A stretch of DNA of 64,000 bases, taken from positions 62,001-126,000 of the forward strand of contig CAXHJY010000608.1 of the NCBI GenBank assembly GCA_964016885.1, read 5' to 3'. The translations under genes were made by a program, and so were the position numbers. Below, in pieces: positions 42,296 to 58,400 of the stretch (within the stretch, counting starts at the first letter, position 1; every line of letters begins with the position of its first letter). The notes below the pieces were generated by a model that worked only from the letters and a program-made list of their open reading frames with translations, was not told the origin of the DNA and did no database searches. The DNA comes from Eledone cirrhosa. Lineage: Eukaryota.

Positions 42296-42452
<157 letters not shown>

Positions 42453-42477
42453 CATATATATGTATACATATATATAC

Positions 42478-42508
<31 letters not shown>

Positions 42509-42553
42509 CATATATATATATACATTTATATAAATATACATATATATATATAC

Positions 42554-42598
<45 letters not shown>

Positions 42599-42621
42599 CA
42601 TATATATATATACATATATAT

Positions 42622-42675
<54 letters not shown>

Positions 42676-42730
42676 TTATATATATATACATATATATATA
42701 TGTATATATATATATACATATATAATTATA

Positions 42731-42868
<138 letters not shown>

Positions 42869-42880
42869 GTATATATATAT

Positions 42881-42982
<102 letters not shown>

Positions 42983-42983
42983 G

Positions 42984-43629
<646 letters not shown>

Positions 43630-43732
43630 TATACATATATATATATATATACATATATATACATATATATATATACATATATATACATTATATATACATA
43701 TATATACATATATATATATACATATATATACA

Positions 43733-43828
<96 letters not shown>

Positions 43829-43837
43829 CATATGTAC

Positions 43838-43909
<72 letters not shown>

Positions 43910-43984
43910 GTACATATATATATATATGTATATATTTATATATATGTATATATATATATACATATATATATGTATATATATATG

Positions 43985-44022
<38 letters not shown>

Positions 44023-44029
44023 CATATAT

Positions 44030-45065
44030 AACTTTGAATAACTTTGAAATGTTTTGGCCAGTATTGGCCCAGGCCATGTCTAACTTAATAGCACCACCTG
44101 GCGACGTCTTTCAATTCAGGATTTGGGCACCATGGCCCATTCGAGAAGAGAATTACTGTTTGCGGAGACATATCCGGGTGTAGGTGGTTTGTCCGGGATT
44201 ACTTGGAGGAATTTGTCCAAAGACTTCTTGAATTTTGTGTGGTCAGTTTCTGTTTTGACGTGTCCTGGTGTGATGTTGAAGACAGCAGGGCCGATTGAGG
44301 TGAAATAATTGTGCCGTATTGTTGTTATGAGTTGCGATTTAGATTTTTGAATGGGACGGATTGCACGGGTCCCAAGCCTTGGGTGTATCTTGAAGGCGAT
44401 GCCAACATCATTTGGGCAGTGATGATGGAACATTTTCCACATTATGCAGATAATATAACGCTCACGGCGACGTTGGAGTGAGTAAAGTTTCAGATATTCT
44501 AGTCGACCCCAGTAGTCAAGGTCTGACATGCCATCTATCTTTTTCGTGATTGCCCTTTGAGGAGCTTCAAGTTTCATGATACTTTGTTTCGTGTGGGGAG
44601 ACCACAGTGGACAACAGTATTCAAGGTGTGGTCGGGCAAAAGTAGAGAAGAGAAGGATAATGGTGTGGGAATCTCCCGACTGGAAGGTTCTGAGGATCCA
44701 GGAACACATTCTGCGAGCCATGTCAACTTTGCTGCTTATATGCGTGGCCCAGCGTATGTTGCTGTCCACGGTTACTCCCAAGTCTCTGATGTTGTTAGAT
44801 GCCACGAGAGTTCCCCGGAGGGAAGGGAGTACGGGAGTTTCAGAGCATCCTCTTTTCCAAAGTGGATCAGTTCGAATTTGTCTTCGTTCAGTAACATGTT
44901 GTTCTTTTCCACCCATTGGGTAACAGCCAGTAGGTCTGACTGAAGGCTTATCCGGTCATCCACGCCATTGATGACCTTTTGGAGCTTGGAATCATCAGCG
45001 AAAATTGTAATGTTGCTGTGTTTGATGATGTCAGTGATGTCATTAATATAGATGATGAAGAACAT
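44030..45065 (-). pseudogene. 5'-truncated CR1/L2-clade LINE with short tandem 3' tail
   Basis: FIIYINDI..IFADDSKL; RDLGVTVD..WILRTF..RPHLEYCCPLWSP..YSLQRRRERY; tail (AACTTTGAAT)2. Confidence 0.9.
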
Positions 45066-45074
45066 ATATATATG

Positions 45075-45110
<36 letters not shown>

Positions 45111-45454
45111 AAGAAAAAGGGATGAAATCGAAAATGCAACTGAAGTCTTATTTTTTTTTAAATATATATATTTATTTGGTTCCTTTACCGGTTTCGCAGT
45201 TCTTCTGCTTTTCAAAAGGTGAGTTGAGATGGACGGTCTGTGGTTTTTCTCACATCTGGTTGGTCTCTAAATGTTACTTGTTTTATATGGAAAAACTGGC
45301 TCGAAAACCAGGTTTTTCGAGAAGTAATTTGATTGGTTTGTCAATAATTATAATAAATTTCGCGCCAGTTCGCGTTACAATAGTTCTTCAAATAGAGAGG
45401 GGGGGGGGGGGGGGTTGTCACGGGTTGTTTTTTCATATCTTCCAATACACACAT

Positions 45455-45487
<33 letters not shown>

Positions 45488-46177
45488 AGCACACAAATAA
45501 ACACATATCTTCAGTCTCAATAGAAAATCTGAACTCTGACACCTAAACTCTGACAGCTGGCCATATTCACTGAGCCAGAACATTTCTCCCAATCCCTTTT
45601 CCCTTGACCACTATCTCTCCACTGTCATAACATTCACTATAGACTACAGAATAGTTTTCCAAATAGGGGCGCAAAAATGTAATGAAAACTTGTTCACGTG
45701 ACAGCCAAATTTCATTTATAACCAACCAAAAAAAAGCCTTCGTGAGCCTCATTTTTTCAAGTAAAAAGAAATTCAAACACTCATATATGAAAAAAACAAC
45801 CTGTGACAACCCCCCCCCCCCCCCTCTCTTATTTGAAGAACTATTGTAACGCGAACTGGCGCGAAATTTATTATAATTATTGACAAACCAATCAAATTAC
45901 TTCTCGAAAAACCTGGTTTTCGAGCCAGTTTTTCCATATAAAACAAGTAACATTTAGAGACCAACCAGATGTGAGAAAAACCACAGACCCTCCATCTCAA
46001 CTCACCTTTTTGAAAAGCAGAAGAACTGCGAAACCGGTAAAGGAACCAAATAAATATATATATTTCTAAAAAATAAGACTTCAGTTGCATTTTCGATTTC
46101 ATCCTTTTTCTTTATACTTCCACTCGTGTAGGACACCTCGGTTATTTTTCATTTTGTAAAAAAAACCTCACTTTCTA
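45111..46177. mobile_element. Fold-back non-coding HHR element, family E
   Basis: ~330-bp inverted arms (~45111-45440 / ~45783-46113); right arm has a ~60-nt extra tail; U3-A8 HHR in both arms. Confidence 0.8.
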
Positions 46178-46197
46178 ATATATATCTATATATATAC

Positions 46198-46249
<52 letters not shown>

Positions 46250-46260
46250 TATAGATATCC

Positions 46261-46319
<59 letters not shown>

Positions 46320-46320
46320 G

Positions 46321-46351
<31 letters not shown>

Positions 46352-46366
46352 CATATATATATATAC

Positions 46367-46399
<33 letters not shown>

Positions 46400-46410
46400 C
46401 ATATATATAC

Positions 46411-46443
<33 letters not shown>

Positions 46444-46460
46444 CATATATATATATGTAC

Positions 46461-46568
<108 letters not shown>

Positions 46569-46622
46569 ATACATATATAATATATATATATTATATATAT
46601 ATACATATATATATATATACAA

Positions 46623-46682
<60 letters not shown>

Positions 46683-46684
46683 AC

Positions 46685-46749
<65 letters not shown>

Positions 46750-46788
46750 ACATATATAATATATATATATATATATATATTAGTATAC

Positions 46789-46827
<39 letters not shown>

Positions 46828-46829
46828 AC

Positions 46830-46929
<100 letters not shown>

Positions 46930-46941
46930 TATATACATATA

Positions 46942-47009
<68 letters not shown>

Positions 47010-47059
47010 CATATATATACATATATACATATACATATATATATATATATACATATACA

Positions 47060-47115
<56 letters not shown>

Positions 47116-47120
47116 CTATA

Positions 47121-47151
<31 letters not shown>

Positions 47152-47190
47152 CTATATATACATATATACATATACTATACATATATATAC

Positions 47191-47225
<35 letters not shown>

Positions 47226-47342
47226 CATGTATATATATATATATACATATATATAATGTATATATACATATATATAGTTAAAAGAATAGAGGTGTATATA
47301 TATATATATATATAATATACATATAAATATATATATATATAC

Positions 47343-47483
<141 letters not shown>

Positions 47484-47564
47484 TATATTTATATGTATGT
47501 ATATACATATACATATATATATATATAGATATATATATATGTATATATAATATATATATATATA

Positions 47565-47597
<33 letters not shown>

Positions 47598-47658
47598 TAT
47601 TTATATGTATGTATATACATATACATATATATATATATATAGATATATATATATATGT

Positions 47659-47718
<60 letters not shown>

Positions 47719-47776
47719 ATATATATATGTATATACATATACATATATATATATATAGATATAGATATATGTATAT

Positions 47777-47834
<58 letters not shown>

Positions 47835-47891
47835 TATATTATATATGTATAGATATATATATATTATATATATATACATATATATATATAT

Positions 47892-47925
<34 letters not shown>

Positions 47926-47964
47926 ATATATATAATATATATATATATATAATATATATATATA

Positions 47965-47995
<31 letters not shown>

Positions 47996-48134
47996 ATATA
48001 TATATATACATATATAAATATTTATATATATATAATATATATAATATATATACATACATATATATATATATATAATATATATATATATAATATATATATA
48101 TATACACATATATATATATAATATATATATATAC

Positions 48135-48183
<49 letters not shown>

Positions 48184-48199
48184 TATATATTATATATAT

Positions 48200-50492
48200 A
48201 ATGAAAAATTTGAACAGGAACAAAACAGAGAGCAGTACGAATCGTAATTAATTTCACGCTCTGGATAGTGGGTGGTGGCAGGGAACGACGTTTCGGGCAT
48301 AAGCCCTTCCTCAGGTGAGAAGTGTGTGGGAACAGAGTTCAAAGGGTGTGTAGGGGAGTGGTGGAGAGACATATAGCGAAAAAAAACGGTGCGAATGAAA
48401 TTAAAAATAAAAGTAAAAATAAAGCATGATCAAAATACAAGGAATGAAATAAAATGAAATATAAAAGCATGATCAAAATAAACTGAAATTAAAAAGGGGT
48501 AAAACAGGTGGTGGAAGGGTGTGGGGTGTGTAGGGGTGGTGGCGGGTGGAGTGGGGAGAGGGAGACGGGGTGTCCGAGCGGGGAGGGCTGAAGGTGGTGT
48601 GTGTGTGTAGGTGTACGTGTGTGTGTGTGTATGTGAAACTAAGGGTTGGGGGAAGAACGGGATTACATGTTCAGGAAGTGGTGTGTGCGTGGGGGGGGGG
48701 GTTGTAGGTCGGAATGTCAGTGCGTTTGTGGATAGAGGGATGGGGGGAGAGGAATCAGGAGGCTTAGGGTGTAAATATGTGGTGGAAAGCACGTGTGTGT
48801 GGGGGGTTTAAGCGTGTTGTGGGTGTAGGTGGCGTGTGGGAGAAAAAAATTGTTTGTGTGTGTGTGTGTGGGTGAGTTATATAGGTGATTCCGTAAGAGG
48901 ATGGTTGAAATGTTGGTAAGTTCCTATGATGTTTAGTGGACTCTGTGGTGGTCAAGTTCCGCCTACGAGTATACCATGAAGAGATGTTCGGAAGAGGAGA
49001 GATGTGGGGTGCGCGCGCAACAGGAAGTGGTCAAGCGGTGGGAGTACTGTGTGTCTGTTTGTGCTGGGAGGTGGTCAGTGGGCATAGCAGGAGTCGGTGG
49101 AATGGTAAAAGGGCGAGAATGGGTAGGTGTGAAAGTTGGAATGAGGCGGGTGTGTGTGTGTATTAGTAGAGGTGTTAGTGGGATGAGTGAGTGTGGGGCG
49201 AGGATGTGGGTGGAGCGGGAAGAGAAGGGTGTGTGTAGTTCTATGGAGGGAGTGTGGTGTACTGGTGTGTGTGTAGTTTGATGAAGGGGGTGTTAGTGGG
49301 TGTTAGTATACGGGAGGTGGGGAAGAGTTGAATGCAGATGTGTGAGGGTTAGTGGTGGTAGGATGAGTAGAGTTGGTGCGTGTGTTCGTGTGCTTGGGGT
49401 TAGGGGGCGTTAATGAGGTTAGTTGCGGGGTGGTGGGATGGAGGTGTGGAGGTGAGGGTTAGTGGTGGTAGTAGTGTTTGTGTTTAGTGTGAGCGCGTGT
49501 ATACATGTACCGGTGGGTGTGTGCGTGTGATAAGGAGGGGGTATTTAGGAGTAGAAGGGAGGGATGTTAGTTTGTTAGTTGGCGAAGGGTGGTCGGATGT
49601 GGGGGGGGGGTGAAAATGAGGGGTGTGTTAGTGGTGTTAGTGGGGGATAAGTGTGGGGGAGGGGGCGGTCGAAGGCTAAAGGAATAAGGGTGGGGAGTTC
49701 AGGCCGGGGGGGAGTGTGGGTCTGTAAGATGAAGATAGTTCTTTGTTCGACTCTAAGGCGATTGGCGGTTGTTCCGTGGCATTGGAGTAGACCACAGACT
49801 GTGAGATGGCGTGCGTAATGTCCAGGGCCACCAAAGTGGCGGGCGATGGCGGAACTACCACCGAGACGAATATCCCGGAGGTGCTCAGTGAATCGGTCCG
49901 CCAGGTGACGTCCCGTCTGTCCGACATAAGTCGCGCTGCGCGTAGACTAGGTTGAAGGTACTGCAGCGGAAGGCATGCCGGACAGAGAGAGAGTGGCCAT
50001 TGGGACCCTGGAAGGTGGTGGTGTTGGTGATGTGGGGACAGGTCTTGCAGCAGGGCCTAGAACAGGGAAAGGAACCGGGGGGGGGGAACAGAGCGTGGGT
50101 TGGGGCATAGGGAGCTGTGGACGAGGAGGGTGCGAAGATTGCGTGCGCGTTTGAATGAGGGGAGTGGTGGGGTTGCGAAGATGTGGAAGGTGGAGGGGTC
50201 GGACTGGAGGTGTTGGAAGAGGCGGCGGATGGTGCGGTGGAGGGGTAAGGTGGAGGTGTGGTAGGTGATGGGGAAGGGGAGACGGTGGGTGGGTGTGCGG
50301 TGGCGTGGGGTGAGGGTGGTGGAGCGGTGGACAGCACGGGCGCGGGTGAGAGCGGTGTGGACAAGAGAGGGGGGTAACCTCTGCGGATGAAATGGCTGAC
50401 TAGGGAAAGGGCCTGGGACTCGAAGTCAGCAGCTCGGCTACAGAGGCTGCGGATCCTGAGGAGTTGGGAGTAGGGAATGGAGTGTTTAGTGT

Positions 50493-50494
<2 letters not shown>
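48200..50494 (-). mobile_element. 5'-truncated Neptune-like PLE with C-rich 3' UTR and terminal HHR-like motif
   Basis: SIPYSQLLRIRSLCS..RGYP; PCSRPCCKTCPHI..CSTFNLVY; YVGQTGRHLADRFTEH; CTGAGGAAGGGCTTATGCCCGAAACGTC at ~48287-48314 (helix I weak). Confidence 0.85.
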
Positions 50495-50571
<77 letters not shown>

Positions 50572-50687
50572 ATCCTTATATATATATATATATATATTAT
50601 CTATATATATATATATATTATCTATATATATATATATATATTATCTATATATGTATATATATATATTATCTATATATATATATATTA

Positions 50688-50724
<37 letters not shown>

Positions 50725-51026
50725 TCTCTCTCTCTCTATATATATATATATTATCTATATATATATATATTATCTATATATATATATATATATATATTAT
50801 CTATATATATGTATATATATATTGTCTATATATATATATATATATTATCTATATATATATATATATATTATCTATCTATATATATATATATGTATATAGA
50901 TAATATATATATATATATATTATCTATATATATATATATATATATATATTATCTATATACATATATATATATATATATATTATCTATATATATATATATA
51001 TATATTATCTATATATGTATATATTA

Positions 51027-51062
<36 letters not shown>

Positions 51063-51210
51063 CTATATATACATATTATCTATATATATATATATATTAT
51101 CTATATATGTATATATTATCTATATATATATATATATATATATATATTATCTATATATATATATTATCTATATATATATATATATATCTTATCTATATAT
51201 ATATATTATC

Positions 51211-51255
<45 letters not shown>

Positions 51256-51289
51256 CTTCACTTTTATATATATATATATTACTTCACTA

Positions 51290-51998
51290 TTAGTTCACTT
51301 TGCTGCACTGGGTGGTTGCCGGAATTGTGCCCGGGATGGAAACCTTTATTGTTTATTTCGTGGTAGTCTCTTTAGTATTTTGGCCCCTTTTGTTAACCCG
51401 TCACCGTATCATTTACGTACTTATACCTCTTAAAAGGGTCCTCGCCTATTTCGTCCCACCTAGTTCTTTTACTTATTTCGTTATTTCTTTATTTCTTTCT
51501 TTACTTCTTTCTTTCTTTCTTTATTTATTTTTTCTAGACTAACAATAGCTACAGACCTAGGTCGTAGAATTTAATTTACTTTACTTTTTTCTTTACACTT
51601 ATTAGTTTTTCTTTACACTTATTTGCTTTTCTTCACTCTCAGTATTATTTCTACCCCCCCCCCCCCATTCTTCTACCTACCGTTCCGACTCCCCCCTCCC
51701 CCCCCCCCCTCCCCTGTATCTTCTTTGACCTCATGCCCAGCTGTAGCTGGCACTACAAACGCTTGATTGGGGCTACTCCACCCCCTCCCCTCTTTCTCCT
51801 ACTAGCAGGTTTAGCCACCATCTCCCCTACTAATTTGCAACCACAGAATTACTACTGAATTTTGACAATCACTTTGACCATATATGGAATTACCCCTTGA
51901 GAAGATCGGCTATTTAAATACCAGGATAAATTTTCATTTAGTCCAGAATTAGCCGTCGAAACGGCTTGAGCTCAGCTGTCGGGGTCTTACTGGTTCCT
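51290..51998 (+). mobile_element. Non-coding 3' part of family C element
   Basis: Island in TA tract ending ~13 nt after a complete HHR. Confidence 0.65.
51892..51985 (+). ncRNA. Full type I hammerhead with U3-A8 core (family C)
   Basis: acccc-TTGAGAA-gatcggcta...tagccgtc-GAAA-cggc ttgagctca gctg-TC-ggggt. Confidence 0.8.
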
Positions 51999-52144
51999 AT
52001 ATATATATTATCTATATATGTATATATTATCTATATATATATATATATATTATCTATATATATATAATATCTATATATATATATATCTATATATATTATC
52101 TATATATATATATATATATATTATCTATATATATATATATATAT

Positions 52145-52180
<36 letters not shown>

Positions 52181-52444
52181 CTATATATATATATATCTCT
52201 ATATATATATATATATTATCTATATATGTATATATTATCTATATATATATATATATATATATATTATCTATATATATATATATATAATCTAGATATATAT
52301 ATATTATATATATATATATTATTTATATATATATATATATATATTAACTATATATATATATATTATCTATCTATATATATATATATATATATATATTATT
52401 TATATATATATTTATATATATTATCTATATATCTATATATATAT

Positions 52445-55400
52445 TAAAAACAAATAACGAAACGAAATTAAATTTTGTTTCATTTGTAACTCACTTTTGT
52501 ATGACTGACGCTTAAACAATTAAGTTAAAGATGTACATCCATATATGTATACTGAAATACTAGTATGTATATGAATACACACACGTATACATATGTAGAT
52601 GTACCAAGTTTTTTCACTGGTCACTTTACTGTGAGTGGCCAGCTATTCTGTATGTAAACACACAGACAAACCGGTTTTTAGAGTCATACTGGTTTTTGAG
52701 GAAACACCTTTCCTCTATTCTCTAGAAAGCCAGACAAGGAATATTGAACTAGTTTCGTTGTTGTTACAACTCATCAGCAATATTTACCTATCTTCCGGCC
52801 TCTCTAGAGAATCGTAAAAGCACATATCGTTATATGCTTTTTGTATGAAAATTAGTAGTGGGCATACTAATTTGCATAGAGTGTGAGTAAGTACCGGTTC
52901 AACGGAGACGATAAAAACAAATAACGAAACGAAATTAAATTTTGTTTCATTTGTAACTCACTTTTGTATGACTGACGCTTAAACAATTAAGTTAAATATG
53001 TACATCCATATATGTATACTGAAATACTAGTATGTATATGAATACACACACGTATACATATGTAGATGTACCAAGTTTTTTCACTGGTCACTTTACTGTG
53101 AGTGGCCAGCTATTCTGTATGTAAACACACAGACAAACCGGTTTTTAGAGTCATACTGGTTTTTGAGGAAACACCTTTCCTCTATTCTCTAGAAAGCCAG
53201 ACAAGGAATATTGAACTAGTTTCGTTGTTGTTACAACTCATCAGCAATATTTACCTATCTTCCGGCCTCTCTAGAGAATCGTAAAAGCACATATCGTTAT
53301 ATGCTTTTTGTATGAAAATTAGTAGTGGGCATACTAATTTGCATAGAGTGTGAGTAAGTACCGGTTCAACGGAGACGATAAAAACAAATAACGAAACGAA
53401 ATTAAATTTTGTTTCATTTGTAACTCACTTTTGTATGACTGACGCTTAAACAATTAAGTTAAAGATGTACATCCATATATGTATACTGAAATACTAGTAT
53501 GTATATGAATACACACACGTATACATATGTAGATGTACCAAGTTTTTTCACTGGTCACTTTACTGTGAGTGGCCAGCTATTCTGTATGTAAACACACAGA
53601 CAAACCGGTTTTTAGAGTCATACTGGTTTTTGAGGAAACACCTTTCCTCTATTCTCTAGAAAGCCAGACAAGGAATATTGAACTAGTTTCGTTGTTGTTA
53701 CAACTCATCAGCAATATTTACCTATCTTCCGGCCTCTCTAGAGAATCGTAAAAGCACATATCGTTATATGCTTTTTGTATGAAAATTAGTAGTGGGCATA
53801 CTAATTTGCATAGAGTGTGAGTAAGTACCGGTTCAACGGAGACGATAAAAACAAATAACGAAACGAAATTAAATTTTGTTTCATTTGTAACTCACTTTTG
53901 TATGACTGACGCTTAAACAATTAAGTTAAAGATGTACATCCATATATGTATACTGAAATACTAGTATGTATATGAATACACACACGTATACATATGTAGA
54001 TGTACCAAGTTTTTTCACTGGTCACTTTACTGTGAGTGGCCAGCTATTCTGTATGTAAACACACAGACAAACCGGTTTTTAGAGTCATACTGGTTTTTGA
54101 GGAAACACCTTTCCTCTATTCTCTAGAAAGCCAGACAAGGAATATTGAACTAGTTTCGTTGTTGTTACAACTCATCAGCAATATTTACCTATCTTCCGGC
54201 CTCTCTAGAGAATCGTAAAAGCACATATCGTTATATGCTTTTTGTATGAAAATTAGTAGTGGGCATACTAATTTGCATAGAGTGTGAGTAAGTACCGGTT
54301 CAACGGAGACGATAAAAACAAATAACGAAACGAAATTAAATTTTGTTTCATTTGTAACTCACTTTTGTATGACTGACGCTTAAACAATTAAGTTAAAGGT
54401 GTACATCCATATATGTATACTGAAATACTAGTATGTATATGAATACACACACGTATACATATGTAGATGTACCAAGTTTTTTCACTGGTCACTTTACTGT
54501 GAGTGGCCAGCTATTCTGTATGTAAACACACAGACAAACCGGTTTTTAGAGTCATACTGGTTTTTGAGGAAACACCTTTCCTCTATTCTCTAGAAAGCCA
54601 GACAAGGAATATTGAACTAGTTTCGTTGTTGTTACAACTCATCAGCAATATTTACCTATCTTCCGGCCTCTCTAGAGAATCGTAAAAGCACATATCGTTA
54701 TATGCTTTTTGTATGAAAATTAGTAGTGGGCATACTAATTTGCATAGAGTGTGAGTAAGTACCGGTTCAACGGAGACGATAAAAACAAATAACGAAACGA
54801 AATTAAATTTTGTTTCATTTGTAACTCACTTTTGTATGACTGACGCTTAAACAATTAAGTTAAAGATGTACATCCATATATGTATACTGAAATACTAGTA
54901 TGTATATGAATACACACACGTATACATATGTATACATAGATAGGTAAATATTGCTGATGAGTTGTAACAACAACGAAACTAGTTCAATATTCCTTGTCTG
55001 GCTTTCTAGAGAATAGAGGAAAGGTGTTTCCTCAAAAACCAGTATGACTCTAAAAACCGGTTTGTCTGTGTGTTTACATACAGAATAGCTGGCCACTCAC
55101 AGTAAAGTGACCAGTGAAAAAACTTGGTACATCTACATATGTATACGTGTGTGTATTCATATACATACTAGTATTTCAGTATACATATATGGATGTACAT
55201 CTTTAACTTAATTGTTTAAGCGTCAGTCATACAAAAGTGAGTTACAAATGAAACAAAATTTAATTTCGTTTCGTTATTTGTTTTTATCGTCTCCGTTGAA
55301 CCGGTACTTACTCACACTCTATGCAAATTAGTATGCCCACTACTAATTTTCATACAAAAAGCATATAACGATATGTGCTTTTACGATTCTCTAGAGAGGC

Positions 55401-58400
55401 CGGAAGATAGGTAAATATTGCTGATGAGTTGTAACAACAACGAAACTAGTTCAATATTCCTTGTCTGGCTTTCTAGAGAATAGAGGAAAGGTGTTTCCTC
55501 AAAAACCAGTATGACTCTAAAAACCGGTTTGTCTGTGTGTTTACATACAGAATAGCTGGCCACTCACAGTAAAGTGACCAGTGAAAAAACTTGGTACATC
55601 TACATATGTATACGTGTGTGTATTCATATACATACTAGTATTTCAGTATACATATATGGATGTACATCTTTAACTTAATTGTTTAAGCGTCAGTCATACA
55701 AAAGTGAGTTACAAATGAAACAAAATTTAATTTCGTTTCGTTATTTGTTTTTATCGTCTCCGTTGAACCGGTACTTACTCACACTCTATGCAAATTAGTA
55801 TGCCCACTACTAATTTTCATACAAAAAGCATATAACGATATGTGCTTTTACGATTCTCTAGAGAGGCCGGAAGATAGGTAAATATTGCTGATGAGTTGTA
55901 ACAACAACGAAACTAGTTCAATATTCCTTGTCTGGCTTTCTAGAGAATAGAGGAAAGGTGTTTCCTCAAAAACCAGTATGACTCTAAAAACCGGTTTGTC
56001 TGTGTGTTTACATACAGAATAGCTGGCCACTCACAGTAAAGTGACCAGTGAAAAAACTTGGTACATCTACATATGTATACGTGTGTGTATTCATATACAT
56101 ACTAGTATTTCAGTATACATATATGGATGTACATCTTTAACTTAATTGTTTAAGCGTCAGTCATACAAAAGTGAGTTACAAATGAAACAAAATTTAATTT
56201 CGTTTCGTTATTTGTTTTTATCGTCTCCGTTGAACCGGTACTTACTCACACTCTATGCAAATTAGTATGCCCACTACTAATTTTCATACAAAAAGCATAT
56301 AACGATATGTGCTTTTACGATTCTCTAGAGAGGCCGGAAGATAGGTAAATATTGCTGATGAGTTGTAACAACAACGAAACTAGTTCAATATTCCTTGTCT
56401 GGCTTTCTAGAGAATAGAGGAAAGGTGTTTCCTCAAAAACCAGTATGACTCTAAAAACCGGTTTGTCTGTGTGTTTACATACAGAATAGCTGGCCACTCA
56501 CAGTAAAGTGACCAGTGAAAAAACTTGGTACATCTACATATGTATACGTGTGTGTATTCATATACATACTAGTATTTCAGTATACATATATGGATGTACA
56601 TCTTTAACTTAATTGTTTAAGCGTCAGTCATACAAAAGTGAGTTACAAATGAAACAAAATTTAATTTCGTTTCGTTATTTGTTTTTATCGTCTCCGTTGA
56701 ACCGGTACTTACTCACACTCTATGCAAATTAGTATGCCCACTACTAATTTTCATACAAAAAGCATATAACGATATGTGCTTTTACGATTCTCTAGAGAGG
56801 CCGGAAGATAGGTAAATATTGCTGATGAGTTGTAACAACAACGAAACTAGTTCAATATTCCTTGTCTGGCTTTCTAGAGAATAGAGGAAAGGTGTTTCCT
56901 CAAAAACCAGTATGACTCTAAAAACCGGTTTGTCTGTGTGTTTACATACAGAATAGCTGGCCACTCACAGTAAAGTGACCAGTGAAAAAACTTGGTACAT
57001 CTACATATGTATACGTGTGTGTATTCATATACATACTAGTATTTCAGTATACATATATGGATGTACATCTTTAACTTAATTGTTTAAGCGTCAGTCATAC
57101 AAAAGTGAGTTACAAATGAAACAAAATTTAATTTCGTTTCGTTATTTGTTTTTATCGTCTCCGTTGAACCGGTACTTACTCACACTCTATGCAAATTAGT
57201 ATGCCCACTACTAATTTTCATACAAAAAGCATATAACGATATGTGCTTTTACGATTCTCTAGAGAGGCCGGAAGATAGGTAAATATTGCTGATGAGTTGT
57301 AACAACAACGAAACTAGTTCAATATTCCTTGTCTGGCTTTCTAGAGAATAGAGGAAAGGTGTTTCCTCAAAAACCAGTATGACTCTAAAAACCGGTTTGT
57401 CTGTGTGTTTACATACAGAATAGCTGGCCACTCACAGTAAAGTGACCAGTGAAAAAACTTGGTACATCTACATATGTATACGTGTGTGTATTCATATACA
57501 TACTAGTATTTCAGTATACATATATGGATGTACATCTTTAACTTAATTGTTTAAGCGTCAGTCATACAAAAGTGAGTTACAAATGAAACAAAATTTAATT
57601 TCGTTTCGTTATTTGTTTTTATCGTCTCCGTTGAACCGGTACTTACTCACACTCTATGCAAATTAGTATGCCCACTACTAATTTTCATACAAAAAGCATA
57701 TAACGATATGTGCTTTTACGATTCTCTAGAGAGGCCGGAAGATAGGTAAATATTGCTGATGAGTTGTAACAACAACGAAACTAGTTCAATATTCCTTGTC
57801 TGGCTTTCTAGAGAATAGAGGAAAGGTGTTTCCTCAAAAACCAGTATGACTCTAAAAACCGGTTTGTCTGTGTGTTTACATACAGAATAGCTGGCCACTC
57901 ACAGTAAAGTGACCAGTGAAAAAACTTGGTACATCTACATATGTATACGTGTGTGTATTCATATACATACTAGTATTTCAGTATACATATATGGATGTAC
58001 ATCTTTAACTTAATTGTTTAAGCGTCAGTCATACAAAAGTGAGTTACAAATGAAACAAAATTTAATTTCGTTTCGTTATTTGTTTTTATCGTCTCCGTTG
58101 AACCGGTACTTACTCACACTCTATGCAAATTAGTATGCCCACTACTAATTTTCATACAAAAAGCATATAACGATATGTGCTTTTACGATTCTCTAGAGAG
58201 GCCGGAAGATAGGTAAATATTGCTGATGAGTTGTAACAACAACGAAACTAGTTCAATATTCCTTGTCTGGCTTTCTAGAGAATAGAGGAAAGGTGTTTCC
58301 TCAAAAACCAGTATGACTCTAAAAACCGGTTTGTCTGTGTGTTTACATACAGAATAGCTGGCCACTCACAGTAAAGTGACCAGTGAAAAAACTTGGTACA

